Shown here: piece by piece, positions 57,073-64,000 of the stretch
How the letters are laid out: every line of letters starts with the position of its first letter
Position numbering within the stretch: the stretch's first letter is position 1
Assembly: GCA_045606105.1 (NCBI GenBank)
Contig: JAZURI010000002.1
Location: 155,230-219,229, forward strand
Direction of reading: 5' to 3'
Length of the DNA stretch: 64,000 nt
Source of the DNA: Spirochaetia bacterium
GTDB taxonomy: Bacteria; Spirochaetota; Spirochaetia; CADAEX01
Notes under the pieces: model-generated
Database searches by the model: none
What the model was told of the DNA's origin: nothing
Seen by the model: only the letters and a program-made list of their open reading frames with translations
Translations under genes and position numbers: made by a program

Positions 57073-58032
57073 CTACTCCTCCGCCGGTACCGCTTCTACC
57101 GCCTCTATGGTCACAGATACGGAATCGGGAGAAAAATCTATGATATCGACATTTTTTGCAGTTATCACCCTGAGAGGAACACGGTATATACCCGGCTCCT
57201 TAATTCCGCTGACATCTGCGGTAAGCTTCAGGTCTCCGGCCTTTATTCTATCGGCATCTCTTCCGCCGGTCTCAATCTTGACCACACCCTGGGAAATGAC
57301 TGAATCTGCGCTCAGGTTGTCGCCGCAGCCCTGAATCTCTATATCAACTGCAGGGAAAGTCTTTGCAGTCCTGATTCTTGCGATATTGACGGAAAGCATT
57401 ATGTTCCGGTCCTGGATATCAACAAAGGAATCGGAATTGTCAATCTCGACCACTGTAGTGAAGTTTTCGGTCTTTCCGTTTATTGAAACAGGCTTGGTCT
57501 TGAGTACCTTTATCCTCTGCAGCGATTTTTCAGGCCCCATAGCAGTAACGGTTCCCGGAGTCAGGAAGGAACCTGCCAGCTCGTAACCTTCGGCAGGAAT
57601 ACCTATGAACACCGGCTCCAGAGCCAGTCTCTTCATCTTCTTTTCCTCATAGAAAACAGAAATCTTCAGAGGCTCCACATTTATTTCAAGAGGAGACATA
57701 TAGAGAGCATTACCCTGTCTTTCAACCTTTACAGCCCTTTCGTAGGAGCCCTCCTCTGTTACATCACGGAAATCGGCATAGACATTGATATCATCGCTGA
57801 TGATGGAATATATGTCATCCCTGTTTCCCTTGAGAGAAATCTTTATGTTCTTAGGAATGTTGTCAACTGTAACAAAGCCCTCCGGAGAAAGCACCCTGAA
57901 CGGTACACGGAGATAACGCTCCTCGATTATGCTCTGCTTGTAGAAAAGGGAGAAAATAACTGCAATGGCCAGGGAAATAAGCTTTGCTGTCCAGTTTTTT
58001 ACAAAGAAATTTCTTATCTTGTTGATTTTCAT
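57073..58032 (-). CDS. cdaR: YbbR-domain protein CdaR (regulator of diadenylate cyclase)
   Basis: 319 aa. N-terminal TM then repeated YbbR-like beta domains. It sits directly downstream of cdaA with a 4-nt overlap. Confidence 0.75.
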   Translation of the reverse strand: MKINKIRNFFVKNWTAKLISLAIAVIFSLFYKQSIIEERYLRVPFRVLSPEGFVTVDNIPKNIKISLKGNRDDIYSIISDDINVYADFRDVTEEGSYERAVKVERQGNALYMSPLEINVEPLKISVFYEEKKMKRLALEPVFIGIPAEGYELAGSFLTPGTVTAMGPEKSLQRIKVLKTKPVSINGKTENFTTVVEIDNSDSFVDIQDRNIMLSVNIARIRTAKTFPAVDIEIQGCGDNLSADSVISQGVVKIETGGRDADRIKAGDLKLTADVSGIKEPGIYRVPLRVITAKNVDIIDFSPDSVSVTIEAVEAVPAEE

Positions 58033-58823
58033 TCGTTGTCAGCCTCCTCGTCCGCAAGCTCCGGATTGCCGAGAACCACAAGACTGTTCAGCCTGCTCTT
58101 CAATTCCTCCTCCGGGAGGTTGTAATAGAGATTGGAGTTGTAGGCCAATGAAAGCGCACCTGTCTCCTCCGAAACCACCAGCACCACGGCATCTGTCTTT
58201 TCGGTGATTCCCAGGGCAGCCCTGTGCCTGGTACCGAAGCTTTTCCTGATTCCCTTCTGCTCCGAAAGGGGAAGAAGACATCCTGCAGAAACGATTTTCT
58301 TGCCGGAAATTATGGCTGCACCGTCATGGAGGGCGGTATCCTTTCCGAAAATGGTTATGATGAGACTCGATGAGATATCGGCATTGATAACTGTTCCCGA
58401 ATCGATGAAGTTCCTGAGATTTGCCTGGCGCTCGAAAACTAGGAGACATCCTCTTTTCATGGTGGAAAGAATCTGGGCCGCACTGATGATGGTCTCAACC
58501 TCGGTACCGATGATCCTGCGCCGTCCGCTGAACATACGGCTCTGTCCCACCTTCAGGAAGAAGCTTTTGATTTCCTGCTGGAATACTATGGCCATGATTA
58601 TGATGAAGCCGTTGGCCAGCTTGTTGAGAAGCCAGAGCATGGTTTCAAGCCGGAGCATGAAGGCAAAGGCATAGAGAGTCAGAATGGCAACTATACCCTT
58701 TATTACAGGGAGAACCTTGTTCTGAAGAAGTATCTTGTAAATCTGGTAGATTATGAAAGAAAGAAGGAAAATATCCAGAACAGGACGGAAATATGTGAGA
58801 TACATATCATATAAATTTTCCAA
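58029..58823 (-). CDS. cdaA: Diadenylate cyclase (c-di-AMP synthase) CdaA
   Basis: 264 aa. Three N-terminal TM helices, then a DAC domain (TALHDGAAII...GTRHRAALGITE). Confidence 0.85.
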   Translation of the reverse strand: MENLYDMYLTYFRPVLDIFLLSFIIYQIYKILLQNKVLPVIKGIVAILTLYAFAFMLRLETMLWLLNKLANGFIIIMAIVFQQEIKSFFLKVGQSRMFSGRRRIIGTEVETIISAAQILSTMKRGCLLVFERQANLRNFIDSGTVINADISSSLIITIFGKDTALHDGAAIISGKKIVSAGCLLPLSEQKGIRKSFGTRHRAALGITEKTDAVVLVVSEETGALSLAYNSNLYYNLPEEELKSRLNSLVVLGNPELADEEADNE

Positions 58824-58825
58824 AG

Positions 58826-59641
58826 CTACCTCCCATGAGCCAGGTCTATGGCTTTCAGCACATTGATTACATCCAGGGTCTCCTTCACATCATGAACCCT
58901 GAGAACATCGGCTCCCAGACGGCAGGAAGCGGCTGTACAGGCCAGGGTTCCGGCCAGCCGGTCTCCCGTATCCCGTCCCGTTATCCTTCCGATAAAGGAC
59001 TTCCGTGAATATCCCATGAGTACCGGACACCCCAGCCGCTTCAGGTCAGGAATACCTCCGAAAAGGGCTGTATTTCCATCCTGGTCCTTGCCGAAACCGA
59101 TACCGGGATCCAAGGTTATCCTGTCCCGTTCTATTCCGAGCCGCTGAAGTACACCGATCCTCTCCCCAAGGTAGGAAACCACCTCCTTTACGGTATCGCC
59201 TCCCGGAGGGATATTCTCCATGTGCATTAATATAATATCACATTTATATTTTTTTACAATTTCAATTATTGATAAATCGTAAGTTAGTGCTGAAATATCA
59301 TTTATGATGCTGACACCGGCATCCAAGGCCCTTTCCGCCACCGAACCCTTCCTGGTATCCAGGGAAACGGGAATCCTTACCCTTCTGCATATTTCATCCA
59401 GGAGAGGAAAAAGTCTGGACATCTCCTCCTCTGCAGAAATTATTTCCGAGCCCGGTCTGGAGGATTCTCCCCCTATATCAATTATGTCTGCCCCGGCATG
59501 CTCCATTTCGAGAGCCATTTCCACAGCCTTTTCCAAGGAACCGGTACGGCTTCCCGGATAAAAGGAATCGGGCGTTGCATTTAGAATCCCCATAACCAGG
59601 GGACGGTCTGTCTTTCCCCGCAGGGAGCTGATTATTCCCAT
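58826..59641 (-). CDS. folP: Dihydropteroate synthase
   Basis: I started at MGIISSLRGK. ILNATPDSFY, DIIDIGGESSRPG and the GxSRKSF motif identify DHPS. The longer 356-aa ORF upstream has no homology and is not a credible extension. Confidence 0.8.
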   Translation of the reverse strand: MGIISSLRGKTDRPLVMGILNATPDSFYPGSRTGSLEKAVEMALEMEHAGADIIDIGGESSRPGSEIISAEEEMSRLFPLLDEICRRVRIPVSLDTRKGSVAERALDAGVSIINDISALTYDLSIIEIVKKYKCDIILMHMENIPPGGDTVKEVVSYLGERIGVLQRLGIERDRITLDPGIGFGKDQDGNTALFGGIPDLKRLGCPVLMGYSRKSFIGRITGRDTGDRLAGTLACTAASCRLGADVLRVHDVKETLDVINVLKAIDLAHGR

Positions 59642-59710
59642 ACATCCATTATAGCAGAACATACGAAAAAAACAAAACATAAAGCCTTTTTTTTGCCGAT
59701 AAAGTTTAAC

Positions 59711-59739
59711 TTGTCTTATATAATCTAATAATGTATAAT
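59711..59739 (+). promoter_or_regulatory. Candidate sigma70 promoter for trkA (TTGTCT, 17 bp spacer, TATAAT) placed to give a leaderless or near-leaderless transcript
   Basis: TTGTCTtatataatctaataatgTATAAT ends 8 nt before the trkA ATG at 59748. No Shine-Dalgarno lies between them. Confidence 0.35.
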
Positions 59740-59747
59740 AAAGATGT

Positions 59748-61145
59748 ATGACAGTAGTTATTGTTGGAGCCGACCGTGTTGGAACCCGGCTGGCAAAAAT
59801 CCTTATTGAAGAAAAGATGGATGTCATTATCTTTGAGCAGGATCCTGAAAAGGCGGCTGCAGCTTCAGGTGCTCTGGACTGCCTGGTCCTGAACAAGGAC
59901 GGAATGAATCCCGATCACCTGAGAGAAGCAAATATAGATAAGGCTGACTACTTTATCTGTCTCACCGGCTCTGATGAAAGAAACATGATTGCCTGCGGTC
60001 TGGTAAACAGGGAATTCGATATCCCGAACAAGATTGCCAGAGTCCACAACATCAATTTCACCCACACCTCCATTCTTGAAAAATCATTTCTGGGAATAGA
60101 TTATATCGTAAACCCTGAGCTGGAGGCGGCAAAGGCCATCATCTCAAAGATTGAGCACGGAGCTACCGGCGATATCATGCTTTTCGAGAACAGCATTTTC
60201 CAGATCAGAAGCCTTTATGTCTCCAAAGAAAGTATTTTTGCAGGAAAACAGGTAAAGGATATCCGCAGCCTGGTTCCTATGAAAATCCTTCTTGCCCTTA
60301 TCATGAAGGAGGACGGATATGTGGTTCCTAAGGGAGATACCCTTATAGAGGAGGGAGATCTTCTTTACATCATGGGTACGGAGGAGAATCTTTCCGTCCT
60401 TCTGGCCAAGGAAGGAAAAACCCGCGTAGAGCTCAACAAGATGATTATTGTGGGAGGAAATGCCATCTCCACCTTCATCTGTGATTATTTCTACAAGAAG
60501 GGAAAGATAAACAGAAACAAAAACAATTTCTGGAACATGTGGGCAGGCTCCCAGATAAAGAAAAACATTGCCATAATCGACAGGGATTATAACCTGTGCA
60601 AGGAGCTGGCGGCACGGTTCCCGGAAGCCCTGATACTCAACGAAGATATTTCCGACGAAAATGTACTGGAGGATGAGGGACTTACCGACGGCGACCTGAT
60701 AGTAGCAGCCACAAACAACCAGGAGCTGAACATTGTTACGGCCGTCTATGCAAAATCCCTTGGTATAAAGAAATCTCTGGCCCTGGTAAACAAGACCAGT
60801 TATCTCCATATTGCTTCAAGCCTTGGCATTGACGTCCCTGTAAGCCTTAACTACAGTACACTCCAAGGTATTCTCAGCTTCATCAGAAGAAAGAATATCA
60901 AGAGCTCATATACAATTCCCGAAAGCGATATCGAGGTTGTTCAGATCCAGGTATCGGAAACCAGCATGGTTGCAGGGATGAAGATTATGGATATTTCCCT
61001 GCCATCGCAGACTCTGCTTCTGGCTGTAAGAAGCGGAACAGAGGATATTCTCCCGGGCGGAAATTATGAAATCAAGAAGGATGACAACATCATTCTCCTT
61101 GTCAAAAAGGACAATATAGAAAAAATACAGTCTATTTTTTCGTGA
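59748..61145 (+). CDS. trkA: Trk system potassium uptake protein TrkA (two NAD-binding RCK_N plus two RCK_C domains)
   Basis: 465 aa. MTVVIVGADRVGTRLAKIL Rossmann start and a duplicated domain architecture. Confidence 0.85.
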   Translation: MTVVIVGADRVGTRLAKILIEEKMDVIIFEQDPEKAAAASGALDCLVLNKDGMNPDHLREANIDKADYFICLTGSDERNMIACGLVNREFDIPNKIARVHNINFTHTSILEKSFLGIDYIVNPELEAAKAIISKIEHGATGDIMLFENSIFQIRSLYVSKESIFAGKQVKDIRSLVPMKILLALIMKEDGYVVPKGDTLIEEGDLLYIMGTEENLSVLLAKEGKTRVELNKMIIVGGNAISTFICDYFYKKGKINRNKNNFWNMWAGSQIKKNIAIIDRDYNLCKELAARFPEALILNEDISDENVLEDEGLTDGDLIVAATNNQELNIVTAVYAKSLGIKKSLALVNKTSYLHIASSLGIDVPVSLNYSTLQGILSFIRRKNIKSSYTIPESDIEVVQIQVSETSMVAGMKIMDISLPSQTLLLAVRSGTEDILPGGNYEIKKDDNIILLVKKDNIEKIQSIFS

Positions 61146-62602
61146 AGCAAATGAACTTTAAGCTTATTCTGAAAATCATTTCTATTATTCTCATGGTGGT
61201 GGCGGCAGCGCAGATTCCTTCTTTGCTGTGGGCCTTCTATTTTCAGGAACCGGAGATGATTTTCAATTTCCTGACCACCATCGGTGCCACCACCGCTGTG
61301 GCTCTGGTTATTTTCTTTTTCTGCAGAAATCTGAAAACCAATGTACTTTCCATGAAGGACGGATTTTTTACCGTAACACTGCTGTGGATAATATCGGCAG
61401 CCGCAGGTGCGGCACCGTTCCTCACAGCCGGTGTAACCGATTCCATGGCAACTGCCTTCTTTGAAACCATGTCGGGGCTTACCACAACCGGAGCCACCGT
61501 ATTTTCAGATGTGGAATCCTTCCCGAAAAGCCTTCTTTTCTGGCGCAGCACCACCCATTTCCTGGGAGGTATGGGAATAGTTGTTCTTACTGTAGCGGTT
61601 TTTCCTCTGATCGGAATCAATACCATAAACATGGTAAAGGCTGAAACCACAGGCCCTTCCGTACAGAAAATCATGCCTAAGATTGCGGAAACAGCCAGGG
61701 TGCTCTGGTACATATACATGATCCTGACCCTGGGCGAGATACTTCTTCTGAAGGCGGCCGGAATGAGCTGGTTCGACTCAATGACCCACTCCATGGCCAC
61801 AATTTCCACCGGAGGATTTTCGGTCAGAAACACAAGTCTCTGCTCATATAACTCACTCCCAATAGACCTGATTATAACCTTCTTCATGTTTGCCGGCGGA
61901 GTAAACTTTGTCCTCTATTTCAGCCTGATTACAGGAAATACAAAGCTTTTCAGAAACAATTCCGAGTTCAAGGCATACACAGCCATATTCATAATAGCAG
62001 CCCTAAGCATTGCATTCTCCCTTTACAGGGCAGACTGCTACTCACTGGTCGACTCCCTGAGGCACGGAAGCTTCCAGGCCATATCTGTCATGACCACCAC
62101 AGGTTTTGCCTCTGCAGACTATCTGCAATGGCCTGATTTTGCACAGATGATGCTTCTTGCCCTCATGTTCTGCGGAGGTTGTGCCGGATCAACTGCCGGC
62201 GGTATCAAGGTAATGAGACATGTAATTGTTTTCAAGCAGTCGCTCTTAGACTTGAAAAGAATACTCAGACCGAAAGCTGTCTATATTCTCAGGGATAACG
62301 ATATGACCATAAAGAAAGGTACCATACTGGGTGTTTCAAGCTTCATAATCGTTTATCTGATTATAATAGTAATCTCATCCCTGGTAATATCCATGGCAGG
62401 TTATGATATGGTTACATCGCTTTCTGCGGCACTGGCCACATTGGGTAACATCGGTCCTAGCTTCGGCATGATCGGTCCGATGGAATGCTACAGCTTTTTC
62501 GGTGACGGAATGAAATGCTTTCTTTCATTCCTTATGCTGGCAGGAAGACTTGAGCTTTATACAGTACTGCTTCTTTTTACCGGCGTATTCTGGCGCAGAT
62601 AA
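61142..62602 (+). CDS. trkH: Trk system potassium uptake protein TrkH
   Basis: 486 aa polytopic membrane protein with repeated selectivity-filter-like TTTGF/TGG segments (MSGLTTTGATVF, SVMTTTGFAS). It overlaps trkA by 4 nt. Confidence 0.85.
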   Translation: MKQMNFKLILKIISIILMVVAAAQIPSLLWAFYFQEPEMIFNFLTTIGATTAVALVIFFFCRNLKTNVLSMKDGFFTVTLLWIISAAAGAAPFLTAGVTDSMATAFFETMSGLTTTGATVFSDVESFPKSLLFWRSTTHFLGGMGIVVLTVAVFPLIGINTINMVKAETTGPSVQKIMPKIAETARVLWYIYMILTLGEILLLKAAGMSWFDSMTHSMATISTGGFSVRNTSLCSYNSLPIDLIITFFMFAGGVNFVLYFSLITGNTKLFRNNSEFKAYTAIFIIAALSIAFSLYRADCYSLVDSLRHGSFQAISVMTTTGFASADYLQWPDFAQMMLLALMFCGGCAGSTAGGIKVMRHVIVFKQSLLDLKRILRPKAVYILRDNDMTIKKGTILGVSSFIIVYLIIIVISSLVISMAGYDMVTSLSAALATLGNIGPSFGMIGPMECYSFFGDGMKCFLSFLMLAGRLELYTVLLLFTGVFWRR

Positions 62603-62604
62603 AA

Positions 62605-63204
62605 TTATTTCAACTCAAACCTGATCTCTGCGGTAACGGAGCCTGACACCGCCTTCTCCCCTATTTTTCCGGGGCTGAAACTCCATTTTCCCACAGCCTT
62701 CACAGCGGCATTGTCCAGCAGCTTATATCCGGAGGAGCTGATTATTTCACTTCCCGCAAGCCTCCCCTCCTCATCGATATTCAGAAGAAGGACAACAGTT
62801 CCCGCCAGCCCCTTCTTTACAGCGGCCGGAGGATAAACCGGATCGGGTTTATCCAAAAAAACGGGAGGTGTATGGATATCAGGGAGTGATGCTGCTTCCG
62901 ATACGGCAGCTTCCGGGGGCGACAACACAGCCTCGGCCGACCTGCTGTATACAGCTTCCACTTCCGGGACAGGGGCCGGAGCCGGCTTTGCCGCAGGAAC
63001 CGGTATCACGGGAACCTGTACCTTTTCAGGGATAATCTCCCGTTCCGTCCGGACATCCGGGGCTGTGATCCTCCTTTCCGATATCCTGAACGAGACCCGG
63101 GAAGATTCTGTTTTCTCATAGCCATCCATTTCAAAAACCATCCCCAGAACAAGGAGATGAACAGAGAGAGAAAGAAACAGAATGGCCGGAAAACGCAGTT
63201 TCAG
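62605..63204 (-). CDS. TonB-family energy transducer (TM anchor, Pro-rich spacer, TonB_C domain); probable non-canonical start
   Basis: TonB_C domain (PVYPPAAVKKGLAGTVVLLLNIDEEGRLAGSEII...) and a Pro-rich PVIPVPAAKPAPAPVPE spacer. The N-terminal anchor RFPAILFLSLSVHLLVLG carries the TonB SxxxH motif. It is in frame but upstream of the first ATG (63141) and behind GGAGG, so the 5' end is uncertain. Confidence 0.6.
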   Translation of the reverse strand: MKLRFPAILFLSLSVHLLVLGMVFEMDGYEKTESSRVSFRISERRITAPDVRTEREIIPEKVQVPVIPVPAAKPAPAPVPEVEAVYSRSAEAVLSPPEAAVSEAASLPDIHTPPVFLDKPDPVYPPAAVKKGLAGTVVLLLNIDEEGRLAGSEIISSSGYKLLDNAAVKAVGKWSFSPGKIGEKAVSGSVTAEIRFELK

Positions 63205-64000
63205 TAGGATAATGAACCTCCGAAGACAAATTCTCTACCCGGCCCGGAATAGAAGGACTCTGTGGGATTGTACATGCTGTCATAGCCCACATAGGCGGCG
63301 GTGGCATATTCAACATCGAAAAGGTTGTTTACCCTGGCAAAAAGGGATCCCTTGCATTTCCCCTCATGGCTGTACTTCACGGTAAGACCGGTAATGATAT
63401 GGGAATCATTTTCATCCATGCTGTTGTCATAATCCTGTCCTATGTAATATTTTCCGGTGAAGATGATATCGGAGGAAACTGAAAATCCCCGGGGAAGACT
63501 GATTTCAGGCACCAATGAAAACCGGTACTCCGGCACCAGCGGCACCCTGTTTCCGTCATGTTCCCCGGCGGTAAACTCAGCCACATTCCGGCTGTATCCT
63601 GCATCAAGGGTAAAAAAACCGGCAGTCAGGGAGGCCTCTGCATTGATACCGTAATGGATGGTATCGTTCATGTTCTCGTTTCTGAAGGTGATACCGTTGT
63701 ATGCAATCTCATCCTTCATGGCAAGCACATACCCCGATGCCCCCAGGGAAAGCCAGCTGATACCGTTGAAGTTGAAGCCCAACTCAAAGGAATGGCCGTA
63801 TTCGGGCTCCAGAGAAGAGTTGAAACCCTCGCCGTACCCCTGATAGCTTACCTGCTCGTCGGTAAACGGAGTCCTGTATACACGGTCATATCTGAAATAG
63901 GCATTGCTGCAGTCCGGAAAAAGATAATTGATACCAGCGGTCATGGAGACAGGGGTAAATATTTCCTCATCATCTTCAGCTGTGGAGGCAGAACCGAAAT
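63201..64000 (-). CDS. TonB-dependent outer-membrane receptor, C-terminal beta-barrel portion; 5' end lies outside the window
   Basis: The frame is open to the window edge. C-terminal barrel strands with the typical terminal ...NLFDVEY...GPGREFVFGGSLSY* ending in an aromatic residue. TonB follows immediately. Confidence 0.6.
   Translation of the reverse strand, partial: FGSASTAEDDEEIFTPVSMTAGINYLFPDCSNAYFRYDRVYRTPFTDEQVSYQGYGEGFNSSLEPEYGHSFELGFNFNGISWLSLGASGYVLAMKDEIAYNGITFRNENMNDTIHYGINAEASLTAGFFTLDAGYSRNVAEFTAGEHDGNRVPLVPEYRFSLVPEISLPRGFSVSSDIIFTGKYYIGQDYDNSMDENDSHIITGLTVKYSHEGKCKGSLFARVNNLFDVEYATAAYVGYDSMYNPTESFYSGPGREFVFGGSLSY

Noticed and set aside
59642-59896. An 85-aa N-terminal extension of folP. 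Comparable long extensions occur on ruvA (40620..40700, overlapping ruvC), the purH IMPCH ORF (24513..24590, overlapping secA), PnrA (6090..6176) and the SBP (37601..37645).
   Set aside because: The extensions have no homology. They overlap upstream genes or intergenic promoters. Conserved N-termini, signal peptides and SD motifs mark the internal ATGs as the real starts.
1-64000. CRISPR arrays, prophage, transposase or integrase genes, and genomic islands around tRNA-Phe.
   Set aside because: I found no regularly spaced direct repeats. No ORF resembles a transposase, integrase or phage structural protein. The tRNA-Phe is flanked by an amidase operon and an OMP gene, not by an integrase or a direct-repeat att site.

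Overview
This 64 kb window reads as ordinary chromosomal core DNA from a spirochete-like bacterium. The PnrA/TmpC-type nucleoside ABC importer, the MntR/TroR-like regulator, an EF-G paralog and the many lipobox lipoproteins point toward Treponema, but that is only a weak inference from gene content. I call about 68 CDS and one tRNA-Phe, which has a near-consensus sigma70 promoter and a rho-independent terminator. I see no CRISPR array, no transposase or integrase, and no obvious island. The recognisable operons are: nifS-nifU; a four-gene BMP-family nucleoside ABC importer; an FmdB zinc-ribbon gene plus mscS; efp; ilvE; tsaD; trmB-mfd; LCP-miaB-small membrane protein-TPR/SPOR; secA followed by a split purH; an EF-G paralog; aminotransferase-malic enzyme-ankyrin lipoprotein-MntR; a split chrA pair; an AI-2E transporter; a gamma-carbonic anhydrase; queA-ruvBAC-yebC; the tyrS-glyQS-gltX cluster; an amidase plus GerMN-like gene; infC-rpmI-rplT; zapB-like-zapA; priA-udg4-truA-cdaR-cdaA-folP; trkAH; and a TonB plus TonB-dependent receptor fragment. 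No clear novel multi-gene system (defence island or similar) stands out. The main anomalies are: (1) an LCP-family gene broken into two ORFs at an A9 homopolymer, where A10 would restore one reading frame; (2) purH split at its domain linker into separate IMP cyclohydrolase and AICAR transformylase ORFs with a stop-SD-start junction, as a lone purine-pathway gene; (3) an EF-G paralog whose switch-II motif reads DTPGA rather than DxPGH and whose P-loop is GHVGTGKTT; (4) a TonB-like gene whose membrane anchor (RFP...SxxxH motif) lies upstream of the first ATG, behind a perfect GGAGG, implying a CTG/ATT/ATC start; (5) a candidate 6S-like RNA directly downstream of zapA, as in E. coli; (6) back-to-back bidirectional terminators between secA and the EF-G paralog that may bracket a small RNA; (7) a sigma70 promoter placed to give a leaderless trkA mRNA; (8) several uncharacterised lipoprotein, membrane and repeat-protein modules (YD-repeat lipoprotein plus HEAT-repeat protein; cytidylate-kinase-like/BON fusion plus lipoprotein/membrane pair; pseudo-receiver protein).
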